DNA of 64,000 bases. Origin: Eremomyces bilateralis CBS 781.70. Taxonomy: Eukaryota. Position 1 is the stretch's first letter, and each line of letters opens with the position of its first letter. The position numbers and the translations under genes were made by a program. The stretch lies in NCBI GenBank assembly GCA_010015585.1, contig ML975156.1; one strand, 5' to 3'. A model generated the notes under the pieces. That model did no database searches. It saw only the letters and a list, made by a program, of their open reading frames with translations, and was not told the DNA's origin. Below, piece after piece: positions 51,263 through 64,000 of this stretch.

Positions 51263-54200
51263 CAAGTCGGCAATCACTACGAAATACTCAAACTAGACGA
51301 ACAGGGCGCACCCGATATAAACTGTTCTCGGTGTTTGTTGCAAGCCTGCCATCCGACATCACTGGGTGAATACTGCTTACGATAGAGTGGATTGGACGAA
51401 GCAGAGGGGCGGCTGGCAGCGGCCCTTCCAAGAAGATCCAAGGCACTGAAGCTTGAGTCAGAGCAAGGAAGACTTTACCAATGGTGGCGAGAAGACCGAC
51501 ACCTTCATTAACGAATTTCCTGTTCCTGAGGGTTCGACCAGCAATTAGATGAAGTTGCATGGCTGGGTGATGAAGAGTTCTGCCGCTAGTGATTGCGTGC
51601 ATCGAATGCCACCGCCTCGCGTTCGGAGGACATCTCTGGCAAAATGGCGTATCCATCAATCGTTTTGCCTCGCTTATCGCTCATCATGCGTCTGGAGTTG
51701 GGGATAGGGCGCATAAACCATGGAAGAGCTTGGTGATCGGGATGCGTGTTGGATTAAGAGACATAAGACTTGTCCTAAGACGGTAGAGCAATCGATGAAG
51801 CCGCTAGCTAGCAGGCCAAATTGTCCGCACAGGCACTTCCCGGACCGCGCCAAGGATGCCCGCTCGGAAGATCTCTCAAACGTGAGTCTCAGGCCAATGG
51901 GCTATGGCTGAGAAACGTTATGGTGTTGTGAAATTTCCGAATGCAGTCCTGTCATCATGTCATGGAGCAAGAGCTTCGAAGCTGGGGATTCCCTGTCTGC
52001 TGCCAGGTCAGGGACTTGTGACAGCCCTCGTGTGTCGAAACATCTTCTGTCAGATGCTTCTTTTGATGGGCCGGTCTGCATTTCCCCACACCTTTCTTGC
52101 CGCTGGTCCCCTGGATTTTGTTGTCACCAGTGGTGGGGCCGGAATACTGTCGAATATGTTCTCAGCAGTTACGCGCTGGGGGCTCATAATGAATCAGCAT
52201 GACTTGTTACAACCACAGCATATCCGAGGCCGTAGCTCTCGATCACCAAATAGCTTCAATACCAAGCACACGAGGTTGGTGGCCCAAGAATCCTGGGAAT
52301 CAAAGAACATCTGTGCAAGAACAAAACTGAAGTGCTGTCAGCCAAGCCGATGCCCCGTCTGATTTGGGCTGGAATATACCCACGCATCTTGGCTCGGTAA
52401 TAAGTCATGGGACAGGTCGCGGAGAATTTCCAGTCCAGGCGAAGGTGGCAACAGAACCACTAATGTGGGATCGGGACCAGTCAGTAAGGCGTAGAACTGT
52501 TTTCGTGCGGAGTTGAAACAACCTGACTGGTCTAAAATGCTAGGAACAATCCTGCTGACAACAGGATGCTTAGTTGAGACTCACAAACCTGGTAGGCTTA
52601 GATGATAAACTGGAAGCAGATGGTCGTTGAACAGCCTAACAAAAGGAACATTCGCAATGTCTGACGGTGGATATAGACCTGCCATCGTATCAGCGCGTGG
52701 ATGCTACCAGATGAAGATGTCGTCTAGTACAATCACGAGCATCCCTCTGTGAGAAAAGAGGGGTTGAACGGAGCGAAAGACGGCATTGGGTTATCAGAGC
52801 ATCTTCCGAGTGAGTTCCGACCAATGCCACTGACACAATTTGTTCATGCCTTGGCTTGCCCCGGGGTCCCTGGCCCTCCTTGGGGGTTGCATCCTGATCT
52901 TGATCGTCACCACCCTCGCTCCCAGCCCTCCTCAGCCTGCTCACCGTTCCCACCATCACTTTCGGACAATTCTTTGTTAATATATGATTTCCTCGTTGGG
53001 AAAGGGACCCTTGACTACCGTGGTCATAGGTAATCTGATCGGAATTGATGTAGATTAAGATTGCAGTGCTTTGCTCATCCCCGCGCAAATCAATGGCCTT
53101 GGGAGCGAACCAGCAGCCTTCCTGACGCTTGGTGCCTGAACTGGCGGCACTCCATCAACAATAAGGTCGAAGGGGAGAAAGATTCAAGATGGAAATTTCC
53201 GAGAACCAGCGGAACCATCCGGGCAATTTGGAGCCATGCCAGATCATATGCTCTCCGCAAGTCTCGATATTGCTGCAATCTTCGTTCACCAGGTACGTGA
53301 ACAGTTGCAAATTGCACAACCGCTGCAATTCCGGTCATGAACACCATTGCAACCGGGTTTGCGCTGTCAGAGGGTCCAACCCGAACAATTTGAGATATCG
53401 TAGGGGAAGATCGCATTTATTCTCAGTCTGCGAAACCGCCACCGTCTCTATCATGCATCACGATCTCCATTGGATCGCAAAGAGGACCGTTCCATCACGA
53501 TCGTGGCACAGCGGCTGCACCGCCCAGTAGGCTGATACGTACCTTTTCACATACTTCATGCAAGTTAGGCAATGGTGGAGCATCCGCATCGTGAATGGAT
53601 TCTAGGCAGAGTGCCGCGGCTCTTCTGCCCACGCGGGGTTCCATCTGATTCATTGGGTTAGCCAGGAGCGGAGATGGTCAGATGGCGCTATGCACGCCCG
53701 TTCCTGGATGCTGATCATAGGAGCTTTTTCGCTTGGCTAGGCGGAGGCTTGCCGCTAGGATTACCCATGCTGCCGGTATCGACAAGATCCCAGCTCTTAC
53801 GACGGCGCTGTGTCGCCCGACTAGCATGTCCATGGCAGAAGACTGCGTTTGAAGGCCGAGATTTTGGACCGTTCCAACACTCCATACCAGAGATCGGAAC
53901 GAACCAACGGGATTCAACTTGATATTGAGCAACATGATTACAGCTTGCTGAGCAATATACTCCACGAGATGAGGGGAGGGAGGGAAACCTTTGCCCTAAC
54001 AACTCGTTCTTCAAATGGACGAGCTTCTGGAGTTGATTTCCAGAACCAATTTCCGGAGCGGGCCGAACACAACATATGAATAAGATATGATGGTGATAGT
54101 TACTACTTACTAGTAGTTGACCCTTAGGACTCTTTAGGCGGTCAGTTTGGGGCTTTGGCGGAGGCATCAGGCATGAGGTTGTTGATATCATCCTGGCTAG

Positions 54201-54668
54201 CTGAGAGCGGAGAGCCTCCCTGAGACAATGGTGAGTGGAGATGGAGAAGCGAGTGATGATTGACAATTAACGAAACGAAAGTTAAAGCAGAGAAGCGTTA
54301 GCGTGTCTGAGATTGTTCTCGAAGGCAGCTAAAGGATGATGCCTAGGTGGACTGTGGAGGTTGGGAACTTGGGGGCTAGCGGGTCGTGACTCGTGATAGG
54401 TGGCGCCACAGACTAGAAGCATGGAAAGGTTCTGTGATGGGTCATGGAATACATACATGCATCAGCAATGCAAATGACTGGAGGGAATGAGACACATTAC
54501 GGAGTATCATTATGGACATGGAGAAAATATGAGGCTTCATCCTTAGGCGATACTTCCACACTCATTTCCTCCCAGCCTCTACTCTCTATTTCTCACGTCT
54601 CCCTCTCTTTGGTGCTTGACCTGCGTCAGAGTTCAGACTTTCCACTAATCCTCCTAATCCACTCTATT

Positions 54669-54709
54669 ATTACTGCATTGACGATTACTGCATTGACTAA
54701 TACTGTATT
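54669..54709. repeat. 15-bp tandem repeat ATTACTGCATTGAC(G/T), 2 copies plus a degenerate third
   Basis: Read directly. Confidence 0.85.
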
Positions 54710-56582
54710 CGGTACAAGGTTGAGGCTAGCCTGCCCTATTCCCTGCCTTGCCCTGCCTTTCTCCTCACTGTTCTCGTCCTCATGCTTCTTTGCATCCTTC
54801 TTCGACGCAGGTTTGCGTCCACCAACAATGGTCTGCAGTTGTGTCCAACAAAGAATGATCGTGCACGCTGCCCAAGGCCTGCCGACTGGCCCTCTTTGGC
54901 TAGTTTCATACCACTAGCTGGCCTCTTGCTGCGCCCTTAGGACGTCCTCCGGCGCGTATGTGGGTCTTTGCCCTAAGAGTCAAGATCTCTGCATTTGTTC
55001 CTCAGTTATGCCTGTGTTTGTTTCTGCTCCAGCGTTTGACCAGGAAATAGTCGTCTGCATCGGGTTGTTGGGTTACTGATCCCATCGTTGCTGAATTGTC
55101 ATAGCCTGTCTCAACATGCGAAAGCCAAGTCGGATGCTAATTCTCCAACCCTTCTAGTGGGGGAGCTACATTCTTCGACACAGAACACATCGTGTACTCA
55201 AGATCGAGCCACCAGGAACAAGAATGACCATGACCTAGGTTGTGGGCCTGTACCAGCAGTGCCACCTCACCGTCCCCAGCCGTCGAAATTTTGGAGCGTT
55301 GTCCTGTTTAAGCGCTCTTGACACTTAACAAACTGGGACCATTCCTTTCTGGGCCATGCTCATTGTTCATCATTCAAAGCCCTTCCTCATTTCTTGCATG
55401 TCAACACCGTTGCGCAGGCTTCCTTCCATGCCTGCTTCCCCTGCAAGACTGACGATGGCTGTTCTGAACCAATCGATTGACTGGTTGACTTATTGGCGCC
55501 GGCTGAGGCGTCACCGTGATCTTCTCTCTCGATAATCGATTGACATCTGCATCAGCCTTCCCCTCGCATCGCGTATTCATGCTGGACCTCTGGCGCAGGC
55601 CGATCCTTGTACGGTCGGCCCTTACCCTCGATACCGAGCTTCGGGGGAATTGAGGCGCATGGCGCCATTCGGTCTGGTTTCAACTCGATCTAGCCTCATT
55701 GGCCGGTCTCTCAATCAACTTTCTCCGCCTACCAGGGCCTTATTCCGAGGCACCTTACCCTGGACAGGCCTTGTCGCTCCTCTTCCTTCCTCCCCTGTAC
55801 CCTGATAGACCACCTTCATGGCGACGGAGGTCACCTTTGACAAGCATCGTGTTTGGCGGGGTGAGCAGGGCGGCCGTTGTGATCCTCGATGGATACATCA
55901 AGTTTTAAAGCTTGAATGGGAACTCATGGGTATGCTGAGATGCGGAGACGGCCATCTACTTCAGATCCATCATCTACCTGCAGAAAGAAAGATTTATATC
56001 CCTCTTCCCATGCGCATTCTTGATCGATCTTTGGTCGTTCCCTGCTCCTTCATCGTCAATATACTCTACCTTCTTTTCAAATTGCCTTATACAAGTTGTG
56101 ACCTGGTGTCATTCCTGACTTCAACTTCGATCAAGATCAACCAACTTGTTGGATCCTATTCTATTGCAGGTTCACTTCCATTCATTCATTCAGAGCCTTG
56201 ATCGGTCAATCCCACTTGCCCGTCGCTTTTGCAATACGTTTACCCAAAACGGACGCTCTTGTACCTACCACCGGGAAACGCATAAGCTGTTCATCCATTC
56301 CCTCTCGTCCTGTTTTCAGGTCGATCACCGAGGCCAGCCCAAACCATTCTGCATTTGCAGCCGCTGGACTCCATCCGATCACTCAATCAACGTTCTCGGA
56401 TCTGTTAATTTCTGATTCCTGGAATTGCTTCCGCTTTGACAACTGGTATGTGATCGCCTGGCGGAATCATGCACCCTACTACTGTATGTTGAAATGTATG
56501 CTAACGAGAAGCAGCTTGTCCCTGCCAGAAGAGCTCCAAACCAACCTCTCTTCTAACCCTTTTTAACCCCACTATTTCTCCA

Positions 56583-58415
56583 ATGGTCGAGGGTAGCATT
56601 TTCACAATCCACCCACTCTCACCTCCTACTTCTCCGCGCATGTCTGGTTATCATCACGACTCTGAATCTGGGTGGCAACAAGGTCACTCATCTAAAGACC
56701 TCGAGTCTACCCCGTGTTCGACGGACGGCAACATGGCTCTAGTCCATACGGAGATGCCTAGCCTGGCTCTTGACATGCAGCAGAGACCAATGCTTCGCTC
56801 GCATAAGAGTTATCCCTATCCCCTAACCACTCCATCTCGTGCCCATCAGGAGAATACCCCGGCAAACAGCTCAGGTGCCTCTCCAACTAGCGCCGAACGT
56901 GTTATGGGTGTTGACGATGTTGACGATGAAGAACTCCCCAATGTTACATATGGCGGGTCCGCACCGGCTAGTCCAATGTCCAGGCTTACACCCACGTCCG
57001 CTCAAGGAGACAGGAATGACATGAAAGACATGGATCAGCAGCATCAGCAGGATCTCAATGGACTCAACATCACTACGATCGAAGCGAACGATGATGAGGT
57101 CCCGAAACCTATGACTGCACAAGAGCTACGTAACCAGAAGCGGAAAATGAAACGATTCCGGTAGGAAGCCCAAGTCTATTGTTCCGCTCATAACTAACCC
57201 TTCGTAGGCTCACACATAATCAAACCCGTTTCCTTATGAGCGAGTTCGCTCGTCAGGCCCATCCTGATGCCGCGCATCGTGAGCGATTGGCTCGGGAAAT
57301 TCCAGGTCTCAGCCCGCGGCAGGTGCAAGTATGGTTCCAGAACCGACGAGCAAAGCTGAAGAGGCTCACGAGCGATGACCGGGAGCGAATGATGAGATCG
57401 CGAGAACTACCCGACGGTTTCGACCTCACCCAGGCACTTCACTCGCCGTTTGGGACTAGCCATGGAGTTGCGCCTTCATTGAGTTCCAGCACCTACACCC
57501 CAAGCTTCCCGGAAGGAAATATGATTCGCCCACTGACCTTGGATACGATGCGGAGAATGCCTGACTCTTCCCATCTCTCTCCAACTGGTGTCTCCCCCGC
57601 CTTCGGAGGTTTCGCATTCACTCCCCCACAGTCCGCGACGGACACCCTTTCTCCTGTTTCGGCCGAGGGTGGGTTTGCTTTCTCTCCTGTCGACACCAGT
57701 CCACGCCGCGGAAATCCATTCGGATCGATGCCACCGCAATCCGCCTATCCCACGTCGCATCCTCACATTCCACGTCTACAGCTTCATGATCGAATGGGAC
57801 GGTCAAGGTCTGAGTCTCTCTCAAGTCCTCTCCGTACGAGCATGTCATATTCTGGTCCTGGGACCGACTTTTCTGGCCCCGATCCCACTAGCCCGGCTCT
57901 GAATAGCGCTCCGCTTAGTGGACCGGATCATAGCAGCGAACCAAGGAGTCCATCAGGTCTCAATATTAACTATGGCCTTGGATACTCATGTAAGTCTCGC
58001 TTCCTTGAATGGCTTCTCTGAATAGATCGCTAACCAGCATTTAGATGCACAAATGCCTGGATTCCAAGCCACTGCAGCTAATCGCATGCGATCCTTTTCC
58101 AATGGCATGCCTCGGCGAATTGACTTGGCTGGTGCAACCTCCTCTTATCAGCCTACATCACGACCGGGTTCCGTCCACGCTCCTCAGACCGCGACTTACC
58201 CCAACTACCAGTCCAGTCCGCTAGGAACGCCGAATAACTACAACCTTATGAGCGCGCCACATCACGTCACCAATTTCCAACACAGCTATATGCGGCAAGA
58301 CTCCGAAGGCCCAGACGGTTCTCACTTCTCAAGTGTCGATAACGACGGCTCTGGGATGGGACAGGACGGCTCTGGGATGGCACAGGAAGGAGAAGGAATG
58401 CAGCACCAGTACTAA
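56583..58415 (+). CDS. Homeobox transcription factor, 3 coding exons
   Basis: Homeodomain KRKMKRFRLTHNQTRFLMSEFARQAHPDAAHRERLAREIPGLSPRQVQVWFQNRRAKLKR. Introns 57161-57207 and 57990-58044; 5'UTR intron 56446-56514. The start could be 56640. Confidence 0.93.
58344..58387 (+). repeat. 21-bp coding tandem duplication (DGSGMGQ/DGSGMAQ)
   Basis: gacggctctgggatgggacag followed by gacggctctgggatggcacag. Confidence 0.9.
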
Positions 58416-60021
58416 GCCTCGCAAACCACCCATTCACGGCTGTACCATCCGCATCCTTGGTGCTTTTAACGGCATCATCTTGGGAATGCTCCCTTCTCCA
58501 TTGTGCGATCTCCTCAAGGATCGAACGCACTTCCTGTCTGGGTTACTCTGTACGAATAATGGCTACACGGCGCAACGAGGTATAATATGTGAAGACGAAA
58601 TGACATGCAAGATGAGGGAAGGAGGAAATTCCCACACAAGGCTTGACCTTTCGAAGGTTTTGTTCCACAACAAAATTTATGGTTTTAACATGTATTTGAT
58701 GAGGATATTTGCAGAACAGGAGAATATTTCGTATACCCTTGGTGTTTATTTCGGTTTAGCATCAGATACTACATGAAGCGAGATGGCTGGGCTGGGCCTC
58801 ATGACACTCGACATATCATTTTATCTTCAAACCATAAGCAATCAGCTAGAATTGGAAGATGTACTGTGACTTCGCCAGAGATCCAGTAACGATACTGGAG
58901 GGAATGACTCCGTGCTCCTCACTTGCCATCAACAAGACCTCAGCAAAAGCTCTGAATCCATCCACTTCCTCAGTGGTAGTTGGGCAAGCTGGCAGGCCTG
59001 GAAACCCCCTGTCAGCCTTTCTGCTATGAAACTTAATAGCACAATTATGCATCCTTCAGCGAACTGAAGGCAGAGTTCGTGTCTGGTTTCACGACTGGCT
59101 TACCCTGACATCCAGTCTGACAGCATACCTTACCCCAACTCATGTGAGCATCCAGGACTTCAGCGCACAACTCCGCCGTATAGGTTCTTCGGGCCTTAGA
59201 TCCGATAAGGCCCATTGTTCCATTTTGTTTCTTCTAGAAGAACGGGAGAACTTTCTTGAAACCGGGCCGGGTGGAGTGAGGGGAAGGGACATGAAACCAG
59301 GCAAGACATGGGGACGCTTGCACGGAGGAACACTAGAGAACCAAGGGTACTCAGGTCAGTTGACACTTGACAGTTCCTAGTCGGATCTCTAGTCTAGGCT
59401 TGAGTGTTTCAACTTTCAATCGTAAGGGAGTGACTTCATGGGGATGTCTGAGTATGGTTTACGGTCTTACTGAAGTCGAAACCTTCAGTTTATGGGACAT
59501 GTGATGGCGGTGAATGAGTTGGTAATAGATGTTCATGATGCTTCCTAGCGGAGCCCTATCTGATCTGATGGAGATGCCAGGGTGCCACAATTCCATGAAA
59601 ATCGCAATCCTGATAGTTGAATGAGAAATGAGGTTCATTTGGGTAATAGAGGTTCAAAGACCCGAACACAATTAGTGTTATAGATCCGGTTTGTATTAAT
59701 TCTGAGAGTGACGTGAAGCTGGGTTGGTGGTGGTCTTCTGTGAGTTCTGATCATTGGTGTCGTGAAGAAGATTTAGAAGCCTTAATGCCTTGGTGCCTGA
59801 CCAGGACTGTCCCAAACCTCACCCTCTTCGATATCTCCAGTCGACGAGATGTTTCGGAGAGGACGAACTCAACATCCTGTCGAATCTAGTCTATCCTGAC
59901 CTCTAGTGCGTGTTTACGCGGTATGAAGGCTTTTATCATCATTGATGATCCATTGACGGGGTGTCGCCAACGGTTTCCTCCTGTCGCATAACGCTGCTTC
60001 ACTACCATCGCTTCTCACGTT

Positions 60022-61269
60022 ATGCTCCGCCGAGTCCTATCCTCGAAATTGCACCCACAGCTTCCCCTGAATCGACAAGACCTGCAGAAGCTGCTTGACC
60101 AAGTGTCAACGTCTTTCCGTGTACACCTCGACCGCGTCCACGGCGAACCGGCTCCGCGGCCTCGACTAGTTGACTCGGCAGTTGCCACCACCGCTCCCCC
60201 TCGCGACAACCACGTTTCTGCTCGACAAGCCGCTGCGACACACGTAACGGCTGTCCTTTCGAATCCTTTATTCTCAACATCTCCGCTTCCGACGAAACCA
60301 GCTTCCAGTGTCCCGAATGATTCCCATAACGTTCGATCGGTTCGAGCGGTTCTCCAACACCCCCTCGAATGGCTTGAGAAACAAATCGCCAGCGGGTCTG
60401 GCACGGTCGTGCAAGTACAAGCTTGCCTAGAATCTCTCCTTCGAGCGTCGAAAGATAATGAGTCTCATGAGGCGCCGGAGGTTCTTCACGTTCAGCAGCG
60501 TCAGGCAGCGAGAACCATCATGAACTGGATTTGGTCTACGAACCAATTAGGCAATGAGGAATTTTTACGAAACGAAAGATTCGCGCGGCAGCTGGCCTCC
60601 TTTCTGGGGTCTACCAATCATCATGATGTTGTAATGCGATGGATAAAAGTGCCGTCGCAAAACGCCACAGACAGCAGTGCTCGAATTCAGCGACGATGGA
60701 ATGGGGCTCTCACTGCCGGCCTGATCTTTCATGAGATTTCCGACGATCCATCGGGAGGTACGGCGCTCACACTGTTTAACCGTGCTGTGTCCATCATGGC
60801 TGCAGAGGGGAAATTTTGTTCAGGATTTCAACCTGCTGCAAACATTCTCTTACGGCATTTTGCATTTAGCCAAAACCCGACCAAAGAGGATTCACTCGAG
60901 TATGACGGATTCATTTCCAATATTTCGCGCACATTCCGAAGACCCGAGCTGAACAAAGCCCTTCTGATGCTACTTCATCCTACCCACCCGGATTTGGAGG
61001 CGGGTAAAGCCTTTCTGCTGAACCTTGATGGGAAGGCTTCCGACCTCATGAAGCACAATGCTATGGAGAAGGAAAAGGCAGCAGCACTAAGTTTGGGGGT
61101 CGCAACGCTGCTCCTTCACCAGAAACGTTACGACGAAGCTTCATCCATACTTGACATCGCAAAGAGTCTTGTACAGATTGACAGGGATGATGTTGGGCAG
61201 GAATTGCCAAATATGGGGATCCTCGACGCGCTCTTGGACCGCAAAGGAGGACTCGATCCTGTACATTAG
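60022..61269 (+). CDS. Fungal hypothetical protein, probably mitochondrial, intronless 415 aa
   Basis: Long ORF with a basic, acid-free N-terminus (MLRRVLSSKLHPQLPL) resembling a presequence; helical character. Confidence 0.75.
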   Translation: MLRRVLSSKLHPQLPLNRQDLQKLLDQVSTSFRVHLDRVHGEPAPRPRLVDSAVATTAPPRDNHVSARQAAATHVTAVLSNPLFSTSPLPTKPASSVPNDSHNVRSVRAVLQHPLEWLEKQIASGSGTVVQVQACLESLLRASKDNESHEAPEVLHVQQRQAARTIMNWIWSTNQLGNEEFLRNERFARQLASFLGSTNHHDVVMRWIKVPSQNATDSSARIQRRWNGALTAGLIFHEISDDPSGGTALTLFNRAVSIMAAEGKFCSGFQPAANILLRHFAFSQNPTKEDSLEYDGFISNISRTFRRPELNKALLMLLHPTHPDLEAGKAFLLNLDGKASDLMKHNAMEKEKAAALSLGVATLLLHQKRYDEASSILDIAKSLVQIDRDDVGQELPNMGILDALLDRKGGLDPVH

Positions 61270-61760
61270 CAAGGCTGAAGATCGAAGATCCAGCTTCAAG
61301 GATGGCATGGGAAAGTCTAGCAAGTAGCATTATCCATGATTTGGGCAGTTGGCTACGAAGATTGATGCTCTGCTATGAACATCTGTGTATAATAAATCAC
61401 CTGTGCAAAGTATCTCGAGGACAGACACCATTCAGCGGAATTAAAATGATCAAGTGACACTGACTCTGTAGTATCATTCACTGTGTATAGAACCCAGCCC
61501 CAGCCACCAGGCGTTATCAAAAGGTGCACGTGATGCTTGTGTGCTTCTAGTGGCGCCTACTGTGAGGTGGCGAGGGAATCTGCGCCACCCAGCCACGCAC
61601 GTGACTCTTGCCCCTGCAGGCCGCCTGTGATTCTGCGTTGCGTGGAGATCACGTCCTCAAGAGCCTCAGTTGAAGAATCACTTGCAACTCCTTCACTTCA
61701 TCTCCCTCACAAATCCCTCCCTCCTTCTTTCTTCTGAAACTTATCACCAGAAAATACACA

Positions 61761-64000
61761 ATGTCGGAGGTCGCGACGAGACCATCAAATCGCGGCAGAT
61801 CCTCCACCCGTGGAGGGCGCGGACGTGGAACCGCTCCAAGAACCACCAGGCAAACCAACGGACATCTGAATCCATCATCGTCAGAGATGGATTTCGCCGA
61901 TCAAGGCGAGCTTGGAGAGATCAAGAAGAAATATCTCTCGGAGTTGTCGTCACTCAAAGAACTCTTTCCCGATTGGACGGAGGTTGACCTGGTCTTCGCC
62001 TTGCAAGAGACTGATGGTGACCTCAACAACACCATCGAGAGGATCACAGAGGGTGAGTTCGCTGGACACGCCATTGAAGTCGTTGCTAATTATTGTAGGA
62101 ACTATGTCACAGTTCAACGACGTCAAAAAGAAAACCAAAGATCGATCTCGATCGAAGGTCAACGACGCAACGCCCGCTTCAATCGAATCGAGCAATACAT
62201 CACGTCCTTCGCGAGGGAAATCTTCCCATGATGCACCCCATCGTGCTCGATCTTCGGCTCCGCGTAGCCGCGGTGCCCCTCGTGGTCGCGGCGGGCATTC
62301 TTCGACCACCGGCACCCGACCACCGCCAGAACCTGTCTCCGTTCCAACAAACGAATCTTCCGCCTGGGGAGACCCGATTCCAGTTGCCGACACGGATGAT
62401 ACTACGTGGGAGAAGACTAGCGAAACCGCGGAGCCTACTGTGGCTCCTAAGACGTATGAGCCGCCCAAGACGTGGGCAAGCATGTTCGCCAAACCCAAAC
62501 CCACTCCTACATCAACAAAGAAGACTGCTCCCGAGCAAGTGCCTGTCAAACCCACAGGCTCTGCCGCGGAAGAAGTAGCTGAGCAGAATGGCCTGATTGA
62601 CGCGGGTACTGCGGCTGATGTGACCTTATCAAAGGACACTGTTGATGCGCCCGCCCCGTCCATACCTACTATCGAGACGACCAAACCTAGTGATGTGCCA
62701 GTCGCAACCGCACCGGATCTCTTCCCTTCACAGGACAAACTGACTGAGAATAACGTGGAGCATCTCCCCGACACTTCGCATCCTGCGCCGACCGGGACTG
62801 CTGCAAGCACTGTGGCTAGCTCCGTGGCGCCCTCGGTTAATCAAGCCGTTGGTCGAACCCCGGTGACAGGCTATTCTGCGGTTGCGATGAAAGCGGCTGG
62901 AATTGCAGGAAGAAGCGCGAGCTTTACACGTCGTGTCCAGGAACAACAGGAGGCCGTCGTCATGCCGGGCAACCATCCTATCGACCGGGCAACGGTCCAG
63001 TTTGGCAGTCTAGGGTTGAACGGTGATTCGGAAGCCTTGGATGTCGATGACGAACGTGAGGAATTAGAGACGCGTGCTCAACCGCCTCAACATTCTCCCG
63101 TAACTCAACCTCGAACGGCCTTACCACCTTCCCGGCAATTCCCTGCGCAGAACGAGCCATCCATTCAACCTGGCTTGCCCACACCAAAGCAAACGTCGAG
63201 TCTTCCACAGCCTAACCAGATTCCACCCCAATCGATTGCCGCCCAGCAGGGTGTTCCGCAGCCGGGTCCGAGCCAACAGTACAGCCAATTCGGTCGATAC
63301 GGACAGGCGACTACCCAGCCTGAACTGCCTTCACAGCAGAAAGCGTACGATCCGTTCGGACCGCCTCAAAGCCAGCAAAGCGCCTTTGAGCAATTCCAGA
63401 ACCAAACAACTCAGGCCCAACAAAGCCAGGCTCACGCCGGGCCCCAGGTGTCTGCCTCATCCGATTATCCCAACTACTACGCCTCTGAACAATCGCGCGG
63501 TTCGCAACAGAACTACTATGGAGCTCCCTATGGCCAGCAGCCATCTTCACAGCAAGATTCGGGAGCCACCCAACAACGTACCGGAAGCGCTTTCGGTGTT
63601 GCTCCCTCAGACTCGTCGTTTGGGACTAGCCAAGCGCCACAGGTAAGCATTGACTCTTCACTTTCTCCGTAACCCGATTTACCCATTCCAAACCCTTTGC
63701 GCACCAGCGGTCATTATTGCAGGCACTGACGGCAGTTCATTTAGGCACCGAGCCGTTATGGCGAACCTCAGACCAGCGGACAAAATACCCCGAATCCGAC
63801 CATCTCTGGTCAGCAGAACATGGGTTCTCAATCCCACCAATCCCAACATGCGCCTCAACCCCATCAACAGAATCAATATGGAAGTGGCGCACCTTTCGGC
63901 AACCCATACTACAACAGTCATTACTACAACGCCTACATGAACCAGTTTGGCGGTTTCCAAGGTGGATATGGGCCGTACGGCAAGAGCGGAATGTACGGGC
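61761..64000 (+). CDS. def1: RNA polymerase II degradation factor Def1-like protein (CUE domain), truncated by the window end
   Basis: CUE-like LKELFPDWTEVDLVFALQETDGDL..IERITEG, KTWASMF, QEAVVMPG..VQFGSLGL and a Q-rich C-terminus. Introns 62053-62098 and 63643-63744. Confidence 0.9.

Noticed and set aside
36731..64000. Functional cluster of RNA and genome-maintenance genes (nmd5, ski2, csm3, hpr1, def1)
   Set aside because: Such genes are common in core regions; nothing in the sequence supports co-regulation beyond the csm3/hpr1 pair.

Overview
Gene-dense fungal (Pezizomycotina, possibly Dothideomycete; taxon inferred, not proven) genomic DNA with short GT-AG introns. Order: SDR oxidoreductase (+); a small Pmp3-domain ORF immediately followed by an uncharacterised coiled-coil protein (+); RBR/IBR E3 ligase (-); eIF4G (-); a ferrichrome/ferricrocin-type siderophore NRPS of about 5,000 aa (-) divergent from L-ornithine N5-monooxygenase sidA (+), with a cluster of SreA-type GATA sites between them; importin Nmd5 (-); a young Fot1/pogo DNA transposon (43-bp perfect TIRs, TA target duplication, one frameshift); Ski2 (-); Csm3/Swi3 (-) divergent from THO subunit Hpr1 (+); about 5 kb non-coding; a homeobox transcription factor (+); a probable mitochondrial hypothetical protein (+); and Def1 (+, runs off the window end). 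I found no clearly new multi-gene system. The best leads are a 273-nt stop-free, structured, exitron-like intron and an AUG-free leader in eIF4G, the Pmp3 ORF that may be nested in or co-transcribed with the next gene, the unmutated transposon between SKI2 and NMD5, and recurring promoter motifs.
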